Assembly (NCBI GenBank): GCA_023480925.1
Contig: JAMCWY010000003.1
Location: 1 to 32,000 of the forward strand
Length of the DNA stretch: 32,000 bases
Source of the DNA: Patescibacteria group bacterium
GTDB taxonomy: Bacteria; Patescibacteriota; Minisyncoccia; UBA6257; HR35
Direction of reading: 5' to 3'
Position numbers and translations under genes: made by a program. This document shows, piece by piece, positions 19,813-27,487 of the stretch. A model generated the notes under the pieces. The model was not told the DNA's origin. It worked only from the letters and a program-made list of their open reading frames with translations, and did no database searches. Positions within the stretch are counted from its first letter, which is position 1; each line of letters starts with the position of its first letter.

Positions 19813-20646
19813 ATGAGAAGAAGTCTGATTTTTTATTTAAGCTTGGCGGCGATCGCCATTGTTTTGTTATTAAGTTTTTTAATTTTTTATCTTGAGCAAA
19901 AGGCCGCTCGAAGTTTGGCCGAGAACGGCGTCAACAATAAAACCGGATTAACCAAAGTTGATTCGAGCCAGGCTCAAAAAAATCCGACGGTCGTTCAGGT
20001 TAATTTTCAGACCGATGATGGCGTTAATATTGTCGGCGATTATTACGATAATCCAGCGGCAAAGTTCGTCGGCATTGTCGCGCCGATGTTTCGAGCCGAT
20101 CGAAAAGCTTACGCTGATTTTTGCCGCCGGCTTCAAGCAAATGGTTATAGCGTTTTGGCGATCGATTGGCGCGGTCAGGGCGCGAGCGTTGATTCGTCCA
20201 AGGGCAAACTTAATTATCAAAATTTTAGTCAGGCTGATTTTCAGAACGCGATTTTTGATTTGGAAGCGGCGAGTAAGTTTTTACGCGGCAAAGGCTTCCA
20301 AACTAATAACCAATTTTTAATCGGCAGCGGCTTGGGCGCGAACTTAGTTTTGAAATTTTTAGGCGGCAATAATAACTTCCGCTTGGCTGTTTTGGTCGCG
20401 CCGCGATTGAATGACTCAAGAGTCAAAATTGAATCTCTGATTGATCCGGGTCTTGGCCCGAAATTAATTTTGGTCGTTTCCGCCTCGGACAGCGCCGCCG
20501 TCGAGGCAGTGACGTTTTTGAACCAGAAAATGCCAGGTAGCCAAACAATAATTTATCCAAGCGGCAATGATAGCCGAGGCCAATTTTTGGACGATCCCGG
20601 TTTATCTGATAAAATTATAATGTGGCTTAAGACTAAGTTGTTCTAA
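19813..20646 (+). CDS. Membrane-anchored alpha/beta-hydrolase-fold protein lacking the catalytic Ser and His
   Basis: N-terminal TM LIFYLSLAAIAIVLLLSFLIFYL. AIDWRGQGAS matches the D-x-RG-x-G-x-S loop of the fold. The nucleophile elbow reads LIGSGLGA where G-x-S-x-G is expected. The protein has no histidine at all. Confidence 0.6.
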   Translation: MRRSLIFYLSLAAIAIVLLLSFLIFYLEQKAARSLAENGVNNKTGLTKVDSSQAQKNPTVVQVNFQTDDGVNIVGDYYDNPAAKFVGIVAPMFRADRKAYADFCRRLQANGYSVLAIDWRGQGASVDSSKGKLNYQNFSQADFQNAIFDLEAASKFLRGKGFQTNNQFLIGSGLGANLVLKFLGGNNNFRLAVLVAPRLNDSRVKIESLIDPGLGPKLILVVSASDSAAVEAVTFLNQKMPGSQTIIYPSGNDSRGQFLDDPGLSDKIIMWLKTKLF

Positions 20647-20701
20647 ACAAGCGAGGACTTTTTCTTTCGCCTCGAAGTCGTTTTTTAAATTAGATTAAGT
20701 T

Positions 20702-20893
20702 ATGGACCAAAAATTTCAGGGCGGCGGCACTTACAAGCCACGTCAAGGGGAAGAATGGCTCTGCGCTAAATGCGGTCAGGCAATCGAAAGTTTGCCTTTT
20801 GACCCGCGCCGAAACGATGACGGTTCTTTGAAGGGCGCCATCTATCATCGTGAATGTTTACCGCCGCGGCCGCCTCGACATCAATTCAACTAA
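20702..20893 (+). CDS. Small (63 aa) hypothetical zinc-ribbon-like protein
   Basis: C-x2-C (CAKC) ... H-x2-C (HREC), with an LPFDP segment between them and a Pro/Arg-rich tail. I did not recognise a family. Confidence 0.5.
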   Translation: MDQKFQGGGTYKPRQGEEWLCAKCGQAIESLPFDPRRNDDGSLKGAIYHRECLPPRPPRHQFN

Positions 20894-20922
20894 GATAATC
20901 CGTTTAGAAAGTTTGAATTTGA

Positions 20923-20956
20923 AATTGTCTTCTTTTCTTCGGAGGAGAAGACAATT
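20923..20956. terminator. Rho-independent-type hairpin between convergent genes
   Basis: aattgtcttct at 20923-20933 pairs perfectly (11 bp) with agaagacaatt at 20946-20956. The loop contains cttcgg. The stem is followed by ttttatttg on the plus strand. Confidence 0.6.
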
Positions 20957-21013
20957 TTATTTGAATTATCTTTTGAGCCAGATCGATTAAAAAATAAACA
21001 GCCGAAGATAATT

Positions 21014-21697
21014 TTATTTGTAATAAATTCGATTGTCAATGCGAAGATCGATTTCTTCGAAACGATTATTTTTTTCGTAATCAAGAAAAGCATCGAGCTT
21101 GTTCAGTTGTTGGTCAAGATTGACGTTCGGATCGATTAAAAAATAGGCGGTTGAGCCGAGATGAGGGAAAAAAAATTGCAAGTCGCCATTGCTCATAATT
21201 TTAGCTTGGCTCAGAGGCAATTTTTTGTTTTGACTAAAATTAAAAACTTTACTTAAGGCTTGGCTGAGGTTGGCTTTAAGGTTTGAGTTGGGGTAGATGG
21301 TCAGTCTGGTTCGGATTGGAAAAAGATTAGACGGTTGGTTTTGACTGGATTTTTCAAAGATATAATCGCGGTTGCCAAGATAATAACATTTCTGGTCGCA
21401 GATTAAGGCGATCGGCGCTTCCGTTTCAATTTTCGTTTCCAAATTAAAGTTGACCCAGTTTGGGCTGAAGGTGATTCGGGTCGCGTCCGGGACGATTTTG
21501 AAAATTTGGTTGGCGAGGCTGCGGCGGAAAAAGATTAATTGAAAAAGAGTTTGATTAGGCAAGTGAATATTAAGATTAGTCGAAACTTCGAATTTGATCC
21601 AAAAGAGCGAAAAAACCAGAAGAAAAGCGAGAATAAGGCCAAGAATAATATTGAGATTCGGTTTTGACCTGGTTCGTGATTTTTTTCTAATGACCAT
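21014..21697 (-). CDS. FtsQ/DivIB-like cell-division protein (tentative)
   Basis: Basic N-terminus followed by a single TM (ILGLILAFLLVFSLFWI). APIALICDQKCYYLGNRDYIF and the C-terminal EIDLRIDNRIYYK resemble conserved FtsQ segments. Weak, motif-level evidence only. Confidence 0.45.
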   Translation of the reverse strand: MVIRKKSRTRSKPNLNIILGLILAFLLVFSLFWIKFEVSTNLNIHLPNQTLFQLIFFRRSLANQIFKIVPDATRITFSPNWVNFNLETKIETEAPIALICDQKCYYLGNRDYIFEKSSQNQPSNLFPIRTRLTIYPNSNLKANLSQALSKVFNFSQNKKLPLSQAKIMSNGDLQFFFPHLGSTAYFLIDPNVNLDQQLNKLDAFLDYEKNNRFEEIDLRIDNRIYYK

Positions 21698-21718
21698 TAT
21701 TAAAAATCAATTTTTAAA

Positions 21719-22132
21719 TTAAGATAGACCCAATTTTTTCGCCACGTTCGGATCAAGATCGGTCGTAAAGTATGATCGGAGTTCTTCCGGTTTAACCCAT
21801 TTGATTTTTTCTATTTCATCTGTTTCTTGCGGTTTCTGGATCTGATTACTTTTTTCTAAATTACAAATAAAATAACAAATAATTTTTGTAAATTGGGGGT
21901 GGATTCTTAAAGAAATCTGTTTGACCGCTTTGATCTTATAGCCAGTTTCAGCCAAAATTTCTCTTTCAACTGTTTTTGCTCTTGTTTCACCCGCTTCTTG
22001 CTTTCCGCCCGGGAAAACCCAAGTAAGCGGTGCTCCGTCTTTTCCTTTTTCGACAACCTTTCTTTTGACAATTAAAACTTCGCCATTTTTATTTCTAACT
22101 ATGCCAAGATTGACGAGGTTGGTTTCTGCCAT
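21719..22132 (-). CDS. Nudix hydrolase
   Basis: Complete Nudix box GGKQEAGETRAKTVEREILAETGY (G-x5-E-x7-REUxEExGU). Confidence 0.85.
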   Translation of the reverse strand: MAETNLVNLGIVRNKNGEVLIVKRKVVEKGKDGAPLTWVFPGGKQEAGETRAKTVEREILAETGYKIKAVKQISLRIHPQFTKIICYFICNLEKSNQIQKPQETDEIEKIKWVKPEELRSYFTTDLDPNVAKKLGLS

Positions 22133-22139
22133 TAAGCTT

Positions 22140-22145
22140 ATTATA
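22140..22145 (-). promoter_or_regulatory. Candidate -10 box (TATAAT) 7 nt upstream of the Nudix ATG
   Basis: The minus strand reads tattataat-aagctta-ATG. Sequence match only. Confidence 0.35.
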
Positions 22146-22246
22146 ATAGATATAGGCTTGAAGAATTAAATCAAACCACTTATGTTTTTTGACCATTCTG
22201 ATTCGAGGAAGATTTTTTATATAATTCTTTAATTAGTTTAATTAAA

Positions 22247-23497
22247 ATGATAGATATCAAATTATTGCTAAAACAGCCGGCCGATTATAAAATCGGCGCG
22301 AGAAGAAGAGGATTGAATCTTGATGATCAGATTGATCAAGTTGTTGATCTTAAAACGAAATTAGACGGACTGATTCAAAAAAAAGACGAGCGCCGACATC
22401 AGCTCAAACTTGAATCGGAAACAAAACCGAGCGAGGAAACAATTGTTAAATTGAGGCGATTAAAAGATGAGATAAAAAAAGACGAAGCGGAGATTGATTT
22501 GATCGAGAAAGAGATCGAGAAGCTGGTCGAACTGATTCCTAACCCGCCTTCAGCGGATACGCCGATCGGCGCGAGCGATAAAGATAATTTGATTTTGCGA
22601 GAAGTCGGCCGGCCGCCAAAATTTGATTTTCAGCCAAAAGATCATTTTGAGCTTGGCCGAAGTTTGGATTTAATCGATACCGAGAAAGCGAGCGAGATCG
22701 CTGGTTCGCGTTTTTATTATCTAAAAAACGAGGCGGTTCTTTTGGAGTTGGCTTTGATTAGTTTTGTTTTTGATTTTTTGGTCAAGACCGGGTTTAAACC
22801 GATGCTGGTGCCGGATATGATTAAAGAGAAATATTACGCCGGTATGGGCCGATTAGCCGGCGATCAAAAAGAAGAGCGGTATTATTTGGCTAAAGACGAA
22901 CTTTATCTGATTGGCAGCGCCGAGCACACGCTTGGGCCATACCACGCCAATGAGATTTTGGAAGAAAAAGATCTGCCTAAACGTTATGTCGGTTTTTCCG
23001 CTTGTTTTCGGCGCGAAGCCGGCAGTTACGGTAAGGATGTTAAGGGAATTTTGCGAGTTCACCAGTTTGACAAGGTTGAAATGTTTAGTTTTGCCGCCGC
23101 CGTTCAATCTGAGAACGAACATCGGTTTTTGCTTGGCCTTCAGGAAAAAATCGTTCAGGCTTTAGAATTGCCTTATCGGGTTGTTCAAATCTGCGCGGGC
23201 GATATTGGTTTCACCGACGCTCGCGCTTACGATATTGAAACTTGGTTGCCGGGTCAAAATCGTTATCGGGAAACTCATTCTTGTTCGAACACGACCGATT
23301 TCCAGGCGCGCGGAATAAATGTCAGAGTCAGGGGCAAAGATAATAAACTTGAACCCGCTCACTTGCTTAACGCGACCGGAATCGCTCTGGCTCGAACAAT
23401 TATCGCGATTTTGGAAAATTATCAAACTAAGGAAGGCTGGATCAGGATTCCAACCGTTTTGAGAAAATACCTCGGTCTTGAAGTGATTAAAAGATGA
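22247..23497 (+). CDS. serS: Seryl-tRNA synthetase
   Basis: N-terminal coiled-coil arm (MIDIKLL...), then class II motifs FRREAGSYGKD, RVHQFDKVE and GIALARTIIAILENYQ. Confidence 0.95.
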   Translation: MIDIKLLLKQPADYKIGARRRGLNLDDQIDQVVDLKTKLDGLIQKKDERRHQLKLESETKPSEETIVKLRRLKDEIKKDEAEIDLIEKEIEKLVELIPNPPSADTPIGASDKDNLILREVGRPPKFDFQPKDHFELGRSLDLIDTEKASEIAGSRFYYLKNEAVLLELALISFVFDFLVKTGFKPMLVPDMIKEKYYAGMGRLAGDQKEERYYLAKDELYLIGSAEHTLGPYHANEILEEKDLPKRYVGFSACFRREAGSYGKDVKGILRVHQFDKVEMFSFAAAVQSENEHRFLLGLQEKIVQALELPYRVVQICAGDIGFTDARAYDIETWLPGQNRYRETHSCSNTTDFQARGINVRVRGKDNKLEPAHLLNATGIALARTIIAILENYQTKEGWIRIPTVLRKYLGLEVIKR

Positions 23498-23680
23498 AAC
23501 TTTGTTATCTCATCTAGCGACTTAGTCGGTCGATTATTTCTTTTGTGTCAGTCTGTCCTCCTCAAAGTCTTTCAAACTGGATAAGTTTGTTCGCTTGCCG
23601 CGGAAATTTGCCACCTGAAATCAGTGGGGGGTATCCGGCTTAGTTTAATCGAAATTTAAATAAAATTTAGGTTTTATTTT

Positions 23681-23689
23681 TGATATAAT
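23681..23689 (+). promoter_or_regulatory. Candidate extended -10 promoter (TGaTATAAT) of the atp operon
   Basis: tgatataat ends 8 nt before the atpB ATG at 23698. Confidence 0.45.
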
Positions 23690-23697
23690 AAAAAGTT

Positions 23698-24402
23698 ATG
23701 GCAGTGGAGTTTAAACCGGATATCATTTTAACAATTTTTAACTGGCCGATTTCAAATTCGTTGTTGGCGAGTTTTTTGTCGCTTGGTTTGATTTTCCTGA
23801 CATTGTTTATTTTTAAAAAAAGATTAAAAGAAGTGCCAGGTCGATTTCAGGCGGCGATTGAAATTATTTACGAAGGTTTTTTTGATTTTTACAACGATAT
23901 TCTCGAATCAAGCAAACAAACAAAAGTTTTCTTTTCTTTTTTGTTCGCTTTTTTCCTTTACGTCATTGTAAGCAACTGGATTGGTCTGTTGCCCGGCATT
24001 GGCAGTCTGGTTGTTCATTGGGGCGGTCAGACCGTGCCGCTTTTTCGTTCGACTTATTCGGATTTGAATATGACCCTTGCCTTAGCTTTGATTTCCGTTA
24101 TCGGCGTCAATATAATCGCTATTTTTTATCTGCGCCGCTTTTATTTCAAAAAGTGGTTGACAGCATTGGCGCCGTTTGAAATTTTTTCGGAATTTGCTAA
24201 AATAATATCTTTCTCGTTCAGATTATTCGGGAATATTTTTGCTGGCGATGTTCTTTTAATCGTAATTTTTTCGTTGAGCGGCTATATTTTACCGGTGCCG
24301 TTTATAGGTTTGGAAATTTTTGTCGGTTTTATCCAGGCTTTAATTTTTACCGCCTTAACCGCAATTTTCTTAAAAGTCGCATTAATTCAAACATCGCATT
24401 AA
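23698..24402 (+). CDS. atpB: F0F1 ATP synthase subunit a
   Basis: A polytopic protein with FSFRLFGNIFAGD, which carries the conserved Arg of subunit a. It is the first gene of the atp cluster. Confidence 0.9.
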   Translation: MAVEFKPDIILTIFNWPISNSLLASFLSLGLIFLTLFIFKKRLKEVPGRFQAAIEIIYEGFFDFYNDILESSKQTKVFFSFLFAFFLYVIVSNWIGLLPGIGSLVVHWGGQTVPLFRSTYSDLNMTLALALISVIGVNIIAIFYLRRFYFKKWLTALAPFEIFSEFAKIISFSFRLFGNIFAGDVLLIVIFSLSGYILPVPFIGLEIFVGFIQALIFTALTAIFLKVALIQTSH

Positions 24403-24405
24403 TCA

Positions 24406-24648
24406 ATGCCGCAATCTTTGGATTTAAGTTTTCTTAATAATCTTTTTGCCGGTTTGACGATCGCGATCGGCGTCGCTTTGCCCGCTTGGGCGATTGGCAA
24501 GATTGGCAGCTCAGCCGTCGAAGGCATCAGCCGTAATCCCGAAGCGACGCCAAAAATCCAAACGGCGATGATCTTAGCTATCGCTTTCGCCGAGGCTGTC
24601 GCTATTTATGTTTTGGTTATCACCCTTTTGATTAAATTCGTCAAATAA
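24406..24648 (+). CDS. atpE: F0F1 ATP synthase subunit c
   Basis: An 80-aa helical hairpin with loop RNPE and the ion-binding carboxylate in AFAEAVAIY. There is no Ser/Thr after the Glu, which suggests H+ coupling. Confidence 0.9.
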   Translation: MPQSLDLSFLNNLFAGLTIAIGVALPAWAIGKIGSSAVEGISRNPEATPKIQTAMILAIAFAEAVAIYVLVITLLIKFVK

Positions 24649-24706
24649 GACCGAAAAGTTAAAAATAAATTATCAAAAGTAATCGTTTCAGTTAAAAATT
24701 AATTTA

Positions 24707-25210
24707 ATGGATTTGCTAACGAAAATCGGGATTGAACCGAAATTACTACTGGCTCAAGTTGTCAATTTTGGCATCGTTGTTTTTATCATTTATTATTTTT
24801 TGCATAAACCTTTGTCTAATTTGATTAAGACGAGGCGGGAAAAAATCGAATCGGGTCTGAAAAAAGAAAAAGAAGCGGAAGAGCTGATGGCGAAAGTTCA
24901 ATCTTTGCGTCAGGATATTTTGACCGCGGCGGCAAAGGAAAAAGAAGAAATAATTTTGGCGACAAGGGCAAAGTTGGTTGAACTTGAAGAGGCCGAGCGC
25001 GAAAAATTGGTCCGATTCGAGTTGAACGAGAGAAAAAAAATCGAGGCGGCTTTGGCTCAGACGGAAAAAGAATTAGCTAAAGAAATCGAGGCTAAATTTC
25101 CGGCTTTATTTTTAAATTTAAGCTCGAAAATTTTTCCGGCGAAAGATTTGAACGAAAAATTTATTAAAGCGATGCTTGAACAAACTGAGCCGAACGGTCA
25201 AAACGAATAA
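24707..25210 (+). CDS. atpF: F0F1 ATP synthase subunit b
   Basis: One N-terminal TM followed by a long charged helix (E/K/A-rich). Operon position supports the call. Confidence 0.75.
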   Translation: MDLLTKIGIEPKLLLAQVVNFGIVVFIIYYFLHKPLSNLIKTRREKIESGLKKEKEAEELMAKVQSLRQDILTAAAKEKEEIILATRAKLVELEEAEREKLVRFELNERKKIEAALAQTEKELAKEIEAKFPALFLNLSSKIFPAKDLNEKFIKAMLEQTEPNGQNE

Positions 25211-25590
25211 TGCCGAATATTTGGACGAAGATTTTGGTTGACAAATTTGAACGAGATAAAGATTTGAAGGTCGTTGATGGTTTGGTTGAGCTTTTAAAAC
25301 GGCGTGGCCGGTTGAAACAATTGAAAGAAATTTTGGCTGACTTAAAATTCATTCAGGACCAAACCGACCGCGTTGGTTCAGCTAAATTAGTCTTAGCTCA
25401 ACCAATTGAAGAAAAGACGTTGGCTTTGATAAAAACGAAGTTGGCGCGGCGGTTGGGTTGGTGCGATCTCAATCCAAGAATTAGAGTTGATAAGAATCTT
25501 GTCGCCGGCGGTTTCTTATTGACTCGGGCCAAGTTTGTCGATTTTAGTTTTCGCGGTTTAATTTTGAGAGGTTTAGTTAAAGAGCAGTGA
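25210..25590 (+). CDS. atpH: F0F1 ATP synthase subunit delta (short, 126 aa)
   Basis: The C-terminal VDKNLVAGGFLLTRAKFVDFSFRGLILRGL resembles the OSCP/delta consensus (liGG..i..g....D.S). It lies between atpF and atpA. It looks N-terminally shorter than the usual ~180 aa. Confidence 0.65.
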   Translation: MPNIWTKILVDKFERDKDLKVVDGLVELLKRRGRLKQLKEILADLKFIQDQTDRVGSAKLVLAQPIEEKTLALIKTKLARRLGWCDLNPRIRVDKNLVAGGFLLTRAKFVDFSFRGLILRGLVKEQ

Positions 25591-25597
25591 TAAAAAA

Positions 25598-27142
25598 ATG
25601 GAAGATTTAAAATTTTTGATTCAAAAACTTGAAAAAGAATTATTGAGAATCGAGGCCGGCGCTGAGATAGTATCGGTCGGGACGGTTTTGCGGACAGGCG
25701 ACGGCGTTGTTTGGATTGATGGTTTGGCCCAGACGAAACTAAACGAGATTCTTCTGGTTCGGCCAAGCCAGACGAGTGGAACGAAAGAAATCAGCGTGCC
25801 CGTTTTGGCTTTGAATTTGGAAGAAGAGTTGATCGGCGCGGTTGCCTTGGCTGATTCCGATCTGATTAAAGAAGGCGATATGGTCATAAGGACGGAAACG
25901 GTTATCCAGGCGCCGGTTGGCCCGTCTTTAATCGGCCGAGTCGTCAATCCTTTGGGTCAGCCGCTTGATGGCTTGGGCGAAATTAAAACCGAAACATTCT
26001 ATCCCCTAGAACGAGAAGCGCCGGGCGTGATTGAGCGGGAGCCAGTGCGAAGACCGCTTCAAACCGGAATCAAGGCGATTGATGGATTGATTCCGATTGG
26101 CCGGGGTCAGCGAGAGTTAATTTTGGGCGATCGTCAAATTGGCAAGACCGCGATCGCTTTAGATGTAATTTTGAATCAAAAAGACGAAAAGAAAGATCGG
26201 CCGATTTGCGTTTATGTCGGCGTTGGCCAAAAACTTTCGAAGATTAAGCGAATGTATGAAATTTTAAAAAAGGCCGGCGCGCTTGACTATACTATCATGG
26301 TCGTGGCGAGCGCTTCCGATCCAGCCGCCTTGATTTATCTTTCCGTTTACAGCGGTTGTTCGATTGGAGAATATTTTCGGGATAACGGTCAGGACGCGGT
26401 TGTGATTTACGACGATTTGACTAAGCACGCTTGGGCTTGGCGGGAATTGAGTTTGCTTTTAAAACGACCGGTTGGCCGCGAGGCTTATCCGGGCGATATT
26501 TTTTACACGCACGCGCGCTTATTGGAACGAGCGGCGAAATTGAAAGAAGGCGGATCGTTGACCGCCTTGCCGATTTGCGAAACTCAACTCGGCGATATTT
26601 CTTCTTATATTCCAACAAATTTAATTTCAATCACCGATGGTCAAATTTATCTTGAGACCGATTTATTCAATAAAGGCTTTCGGCCGGCGATCAGTATCGG
26701 TTTGAGCGTTTCGCGCGTCGGTTCACAGGCTCAGACCAAGTTAATGAAAAAAGTCGCTGGCCGATTGAAGCTTGATCTGGCTCAATTTCGCGAATTGGAA
26801 GCGTTCGCTCAGGTCACGAGTGATTTGGCCGAGGCGAGCAGGAAAAAATTGGAACGAGGTCGAGTTTTGACCGAAATTTTAAAACAAGAGAATCTTCAAC
26901 CGCTTAGTTTTGAAAAAATTGCGGTTTTGTTTTTCGCCGCGAACGAGGGTTATCTTGACGGGTTCAGCTCGGCCGAAATTTTTTATTTCGAGAATAAACT
27001 TTTGGCGGATTTAAATTTGGACCAGGCGGATTTGGCCACGGCCTTAAAAACCAAAGCGGATATTGACGATACTTTGGTTGAAAAATTAAATCAGTATTTA
27101 AAAAATTTTGTCCAATCTTTTCGCCAGAACCGGAGTAATTAA
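25598..27142 (+). CDS. atpA: F0F1 ATP synthase subunit alpha
   Basis: GDRQIGKTAIALD Walker A, VIYDDLTKHA, and PGREAYPGDIFYTHARLLERA-type motifs. Confidence 0.95.
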   Translation: MEDLKFLIQKLEKELLRIEAGAEIVSVGTVLRTGDGVVWIDGLAQTKLNEILLVRPSQTSGTKEISVPVLALNLEEELIGAVALADSDLIKEGDMVIRTETVIQAPVGPSLIGRVVNPLGQPLDGLGEIKTETFYPLEREAPGVIEREPVRRPLQTGIKAIDGLIPIGRGQRELILGDRQIGKTAIALDVILNQKDEKKDRPICVYVGVGQKLSKIKRMYEILKKAGALDYTIMVVASASDPAALIYLSVYSGCSIGEYFRDNGQDAVVIYDDLTKHAWAWRELSLLLKRPVGREAYPGDIFYTHARLLERAAKLKEGGSLTALPICETQLGDISSYIPTNLISITDGQIYLETDLFNKGFRPAISIGLSVSRVGSQAQTKLMKKVAGRLKLDLAQFRELEAFAQVTSDLAEASRKKLERGRVLTEILKQENLQPLSFEKIAVLFFAANEGYLDGFSSAEIFYFENKLLADLNLDQADLATALKTKADIDDTLVEKLNQYLKNFVQSFRQNRSN

Positions 27143-27153
27143 ATTTAACTAAA

Positions 27154-27483
27154 ATGAATTTTAAACAGTATCAAGAAAAATCTCGTCGGACCGCGATTTA
27201 TCCCCGTCGCGGCAAAGATTTTATTTATCCGGCTCTCGGTTTGGGCGGCGAGACGGGCGAGGTTTTGGATAAGATTAAAAAAATCATCCGAGACAAAAAT
27301 TACAAAGTTGATCAGTTGGTTCGATCGGAATTAGAAAAAGAACTGGGCGATGTTTTGTGGTATCTGGCTCAATTGGCGACGGAATTAAAATTATCTCTTG
27401 ACCAAATCGCGAAAACAAATTTAAAAAAATTAAATTCACGTTTAAAGCGAGATCAAATCAAGGGCAGCGGCGATAATCGTTAA
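27154..27483 (+). CDS. Small MazG-like all-alpha nucleoside triphosphate pyrophosphohydrolase
   Basis: LGLGGETGEVLDKIKK and ELGDVLWYLAQLA correspond to the E-x2-E ... E-x2-D metal-binding helices of the MazG/YpjD-type family. It is 109 aa. It starts 11 nt after atpA and ends 4 nt before atpG. Confidence 0.75.
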   Translation: MNFKQYQEKSRRTAIYPRRGKDFIYPALGLGGETGEVLDKIKKIIRDKNYKVDQLVRSELEKELGDVLWYLAQLATELKLSLDQIAKTNLKKLNSRLKRDQIKGSGDNR

Positions 27484-27487
27484 GGCG

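Noticed and set aside
23517-23654. Short direct repeat cgacttagt...tcga (23517-23536) and cggcttagt...tcga (23635-23654) as target-site duplications of a miniature element
   Set aside because: Only about 13 of 18 positions match, and no terminal inverted repeats lie between them. This is compatible with chance.
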